IMG/VR virus record: IMGVR_UViG_3300043448_000583
Span: 1 to 57,948 of that record
Reading direction: 5' to 3' (one strand)
DNA from: a virus
Lineage: Duplodnaviria > Caudoviricetes
Length of the DNA: 57,948 bases
The stretch's first letter is position 1. Each line of letters begins with the position of its first letter. The notes beneath the pieces are model-generated. The model was not told where the DNA came from and made no database searches. It saw only the letters and a program-made list of their open reading frames with translations. This document shows positions 56,332 through 57,948 of the stretch, piece after piece. The position numbers were made by a program, and so were the translations under genes.

Positions 56332-56673
56332 GGCTTGGCACTGGCCAATTTCAAGTGCCCCTATACCTGGACCCAGAGTCGCAGGGACGGAAAACTCACC
56401 GCCGTAGTGAGTACTCAGCCACTACCCGCAAGGATGACGATCACTTAAATGCCGTGATTTGGCTGTTTGAACAGAATTCAAGGCTAAAAGACGCTGAATA
56501 AGCACGTTAGTATATGGTGATAGCATACTGTATAGTAACCGCCGTTGTTGAAGACTGTGCTCGAGGTACCGGACAACCGCCTCTGTAATGCACTAATGCT
56601 ATGGACTGAGCAACTCGCATAATGTTCCTTTCGCCCTCGGATGGGCGAAGAGTGACGTCACAATCTGCATAAT
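56332..56673 (+). ncRNA. Candidate large structured non-coding RNA (unclassified)
   Basis: No ORF of 60 aa or more; 148/300 G+C in 56341-56640 against AT-rich flanks; at least ten consecutive or nested helices and a GCAA tetraloop. Boundaries and transcription are unproven. Confidence 0.65.
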
Positions 56674-56676
56674 ATT

Positions 56677-56719
56677 AAGAAAAACAAAAAGCTTTTTAGG
56701 ACGATAAGTCCTAAAAAAG
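56677..56719 (-). terminator. Hairpin with a U-rich tail on the minus strand (probable minus-strand terminator)
   Basis: Perfect 10-bp stem TTTTTAGGAC-GATAA-GTCCTAAAAA (56693-56717). It is followed by GCTTTTTGTTTTTC only on the minus strand. Confidence 0.5.
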
Positions 56720-56743
56720 AGTGAGCGTAGCGCACTCTCAATT

Positions 56744-56751
56744 AATAAATA
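56744..56751 (+). promoter_or_regulatory. Late promoter AATAAATA, 4 nt before ATG 56756
   Basis: ATAAATACCATATG is identical to the context at the gp14 start (13076-13089). Confidence 0.7.
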
Positions 56752-56755
56752 CCAT

Positions 56756-57712
56756 ATGAAAATTTATGAGATCGTCTCTGAAGAAAAAGTGGATGAAGGA
56801 GTACTTGGATTAGCTGCTCGTGGACTAGCTAGATTGGTTCGACCTGTTGGTAGTAAAGTTGACCCTTCTAGTGTGGCTAGTCAATATGGTACAAGATTTG
56901 GTGCTATGCGTGGTGCTGCTCGTACTAGTGCTCACTTGAAAAACATTCCACTTATAGGCAATACTCTACATAGATGGAATATTAAAAATTCTGTAAGAGC
57001 TTTTGAATTAGCTAAAATTGAAGTAGCTAGGACTATTACTAATAATTTGGGTAAAGATTTAATGGACATAGTTTTGTTATTCAATTTAGGTGATGCTGTA
57101 GTAAACTATTTTGCTGCTAAAGAAGTTTTGGATAATGCTAACCCACCTGTACCTGACTATGAAGTAAAATTAAATGAGCTAAGAGGAATATTGGTTGCAC
57201 AAATTCTAGCTCCAGGTGTAGCTGTAGGTATGACTAAGGTTGCTGGTGGTTTGGCAAAAATTATCCCTCACCTAATGACCAAAATACCTGTCAAGTCTGT
57301 GGCCAAATCAGGAGCCAGTACAAAATTAGTTATTGATGCTCTTCAAAAAGTTAGTGCTGCCAGTCTAGTTGGATTATTGACTACAGAAAAAGGTATAAAA
57401 TTAGTCACTGATTGGTTAGGTACCAGTGTCACACAAGGATTAGGTGCAGCCACTACGATGTTATGGAATTTATGTGAATTTTTATATGCCGGACTTCAAG
57501 TAGCAGGTGTAATACCTAAAGATGATAATCAACAAGCAGATAAAGAAAAATCAGCTGCTGGATCAAAAGAAAAAGATAAGGCAGGAAGTTCAACCCCTAG
57601 TGCCAGTGATATAGGCGGTGCTGTAGCTCAAGGTATGACCAGTGGTGGATCTGTGGATGATATAGCTGCTAATTTTATAGCTGGTCAATTGGGTAAGAGT
57701 TTATCAAAGTAA
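56756..57712 (+). CDS. Ala/Gly/Leu-rich helical late protein, putative capsid-internal (ejected) protein
   Basis: 318 aa; N-terminus MKIYEIVSEEKVDEG resembles a cleavable targeting leader; several hydrophobic helices; late promoter. Confidence 0.45.
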   Translation: MKIYEIVSEEKVDEGVLGLAARGLARLVRPVGSKVDPSSVASQYGTRFGAMRGAARTSAHLKNIPLIGNTLHRWNIKNSVRAFELAKIEVARTITNNLGKDLMDIVLLFNLGDAVVNYFAAKEVLDNANPPVPDYEVKLNELRGILVAQILAPGVAVGMTKVAGGLAKIIPHLMTKIPVKSVAKSGASTKLVIDALQKVSAASLVGLLTTEKGIKLVTDWLGTSVTQGLGAATTMLWNLCEFLYAGLQVAGVIPKDDNQQADKEKSAAGSKEKDKAGSSTPSASDIGGAVAQGMTSGGSVDDIAANFIAGQLGKSLSK

Positions 57713-57948
57713 AGGTAGACCACTGCTCTTAGTCATTTCAATATTATTTTTAACTATACCGGAAAGTATTTGTCTATCATCTGCGCTGTAGACATGAAAT
57801 AATTCATGTGCTGTCACTCCACCTCGCATATACCAGCTTAGTGTAAATATATCATCCTTAATTTGCATAACAGAATTGTCGTAGCTTTTAAGGAATTCTT
57901 CTAACTCAGAGTCCGGCAAATAGATTAATTTCTGGCGAAAAAATTTGC
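57704..57948 (-). CDS. gp51-like baseplate hub/tail assembly chaperone reading frame, probably entered by -1 frameshift
   Basis: SWYMRGGV...ELF...DRQIL..IV..N motif. The frame is open to the window edge, there is no SD before TTG 57919, and a slippery AAATTTTTTC lies at 57946-57937. Confidence 0.5.
   Translation of the reverse strand, partial: KFFRQKLIYLPDSELEEFLKSYDNSVMQIKDDIFTLSWYMRGGVTAHELFHVYSADDRQILSGIVKNNIEMTKSSGLPLL
57925..57948 (-). CDS. 3' end of a truncated upstream gene (…ANFFARN*), probably gp26-like hub chaperone
   Basis: GCA AAT TTT TTC GCC AGA AAT TAA; only 8 codons are visible. An FF near the C-terminus is typical of gp26-like proteins (inference). Confidence 0.35.
   Translation of the reverse strand, partial: ANFFARN

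Noticed and set aside
56693-56717. Hairpin as the plus-strand terminator of the gp55 operon
   Set aside because: On the plus strand the stem is followed by AGAGTG, not a U-tract; a U-rich tail exists only on the minus strand.
56332-56755. tRNA, tmRNA, RNase P, group I/II intron, hammerhead or CRISPR array as the identity of the intergenic element
   Set aside because: No TTCGA T-loop cloverleaf or CCA end, no recognisable P7 or domain V core, no CTGANGA/GAAA pair, no interrupted gene on either side, and no repeat-spacer periodicity beyond two degenerate 20-mers. This was judged by eye only.
56756-57712. Tape measure protein
   Set aside because: At 318 aa it is short for a long contractile tail, and it is on the opposite strand from the adjacent chaperone-like ORF with its own promoter.

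Overview
The window is a fragment of a large, AT-rich lytic myovirus genome with a distantly T4-like core. It uses the standard genetic code and shows no host DNA. About 52 kb is a late structural cluster, mostly on the minus strand. It contains candidate capsid-internal proteins, large and small terminase, gp4 head-completion nuclease, tail tube and sheath, dNMP kinase, and neck and tail-terminator proteins (gp13 divergent from gp14-gp15-Nudix). It also contains a glycosyltransferase with a repeat insertion, three paralogous fibre proteins, an S8 protease, a collagen-like fibre, a ~4270-aa baseplate protein, and gp6, gp25, gp5, hub, gp53-like and gp48/54-like baseplate genes. A near-consensus sigma70 promoter then drives a plus-strand operon: gp55 late sigma factor, gp47, gp46, an Hc1-like protein and a stand-alone GIY-YIG nuclease. 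The strongest novelty candidate is a ~340-nt, GC-enriched, densely base-paired non-coding element directly after the GIY-YIG gene (56332-56673), which may be a large structured RNA partnered with the nuclease, or an origin. Other notable signals are a double slippery site predicting a -1 frameshift into the gp51-like ORF at the window end, a bimodal set of NATAAATA late promoters with six predicted leaderless mRNAs, and a late promoter overlapping the promoter of gp55 itself. All product calls come from motif recognition and synteny; no database search was run.
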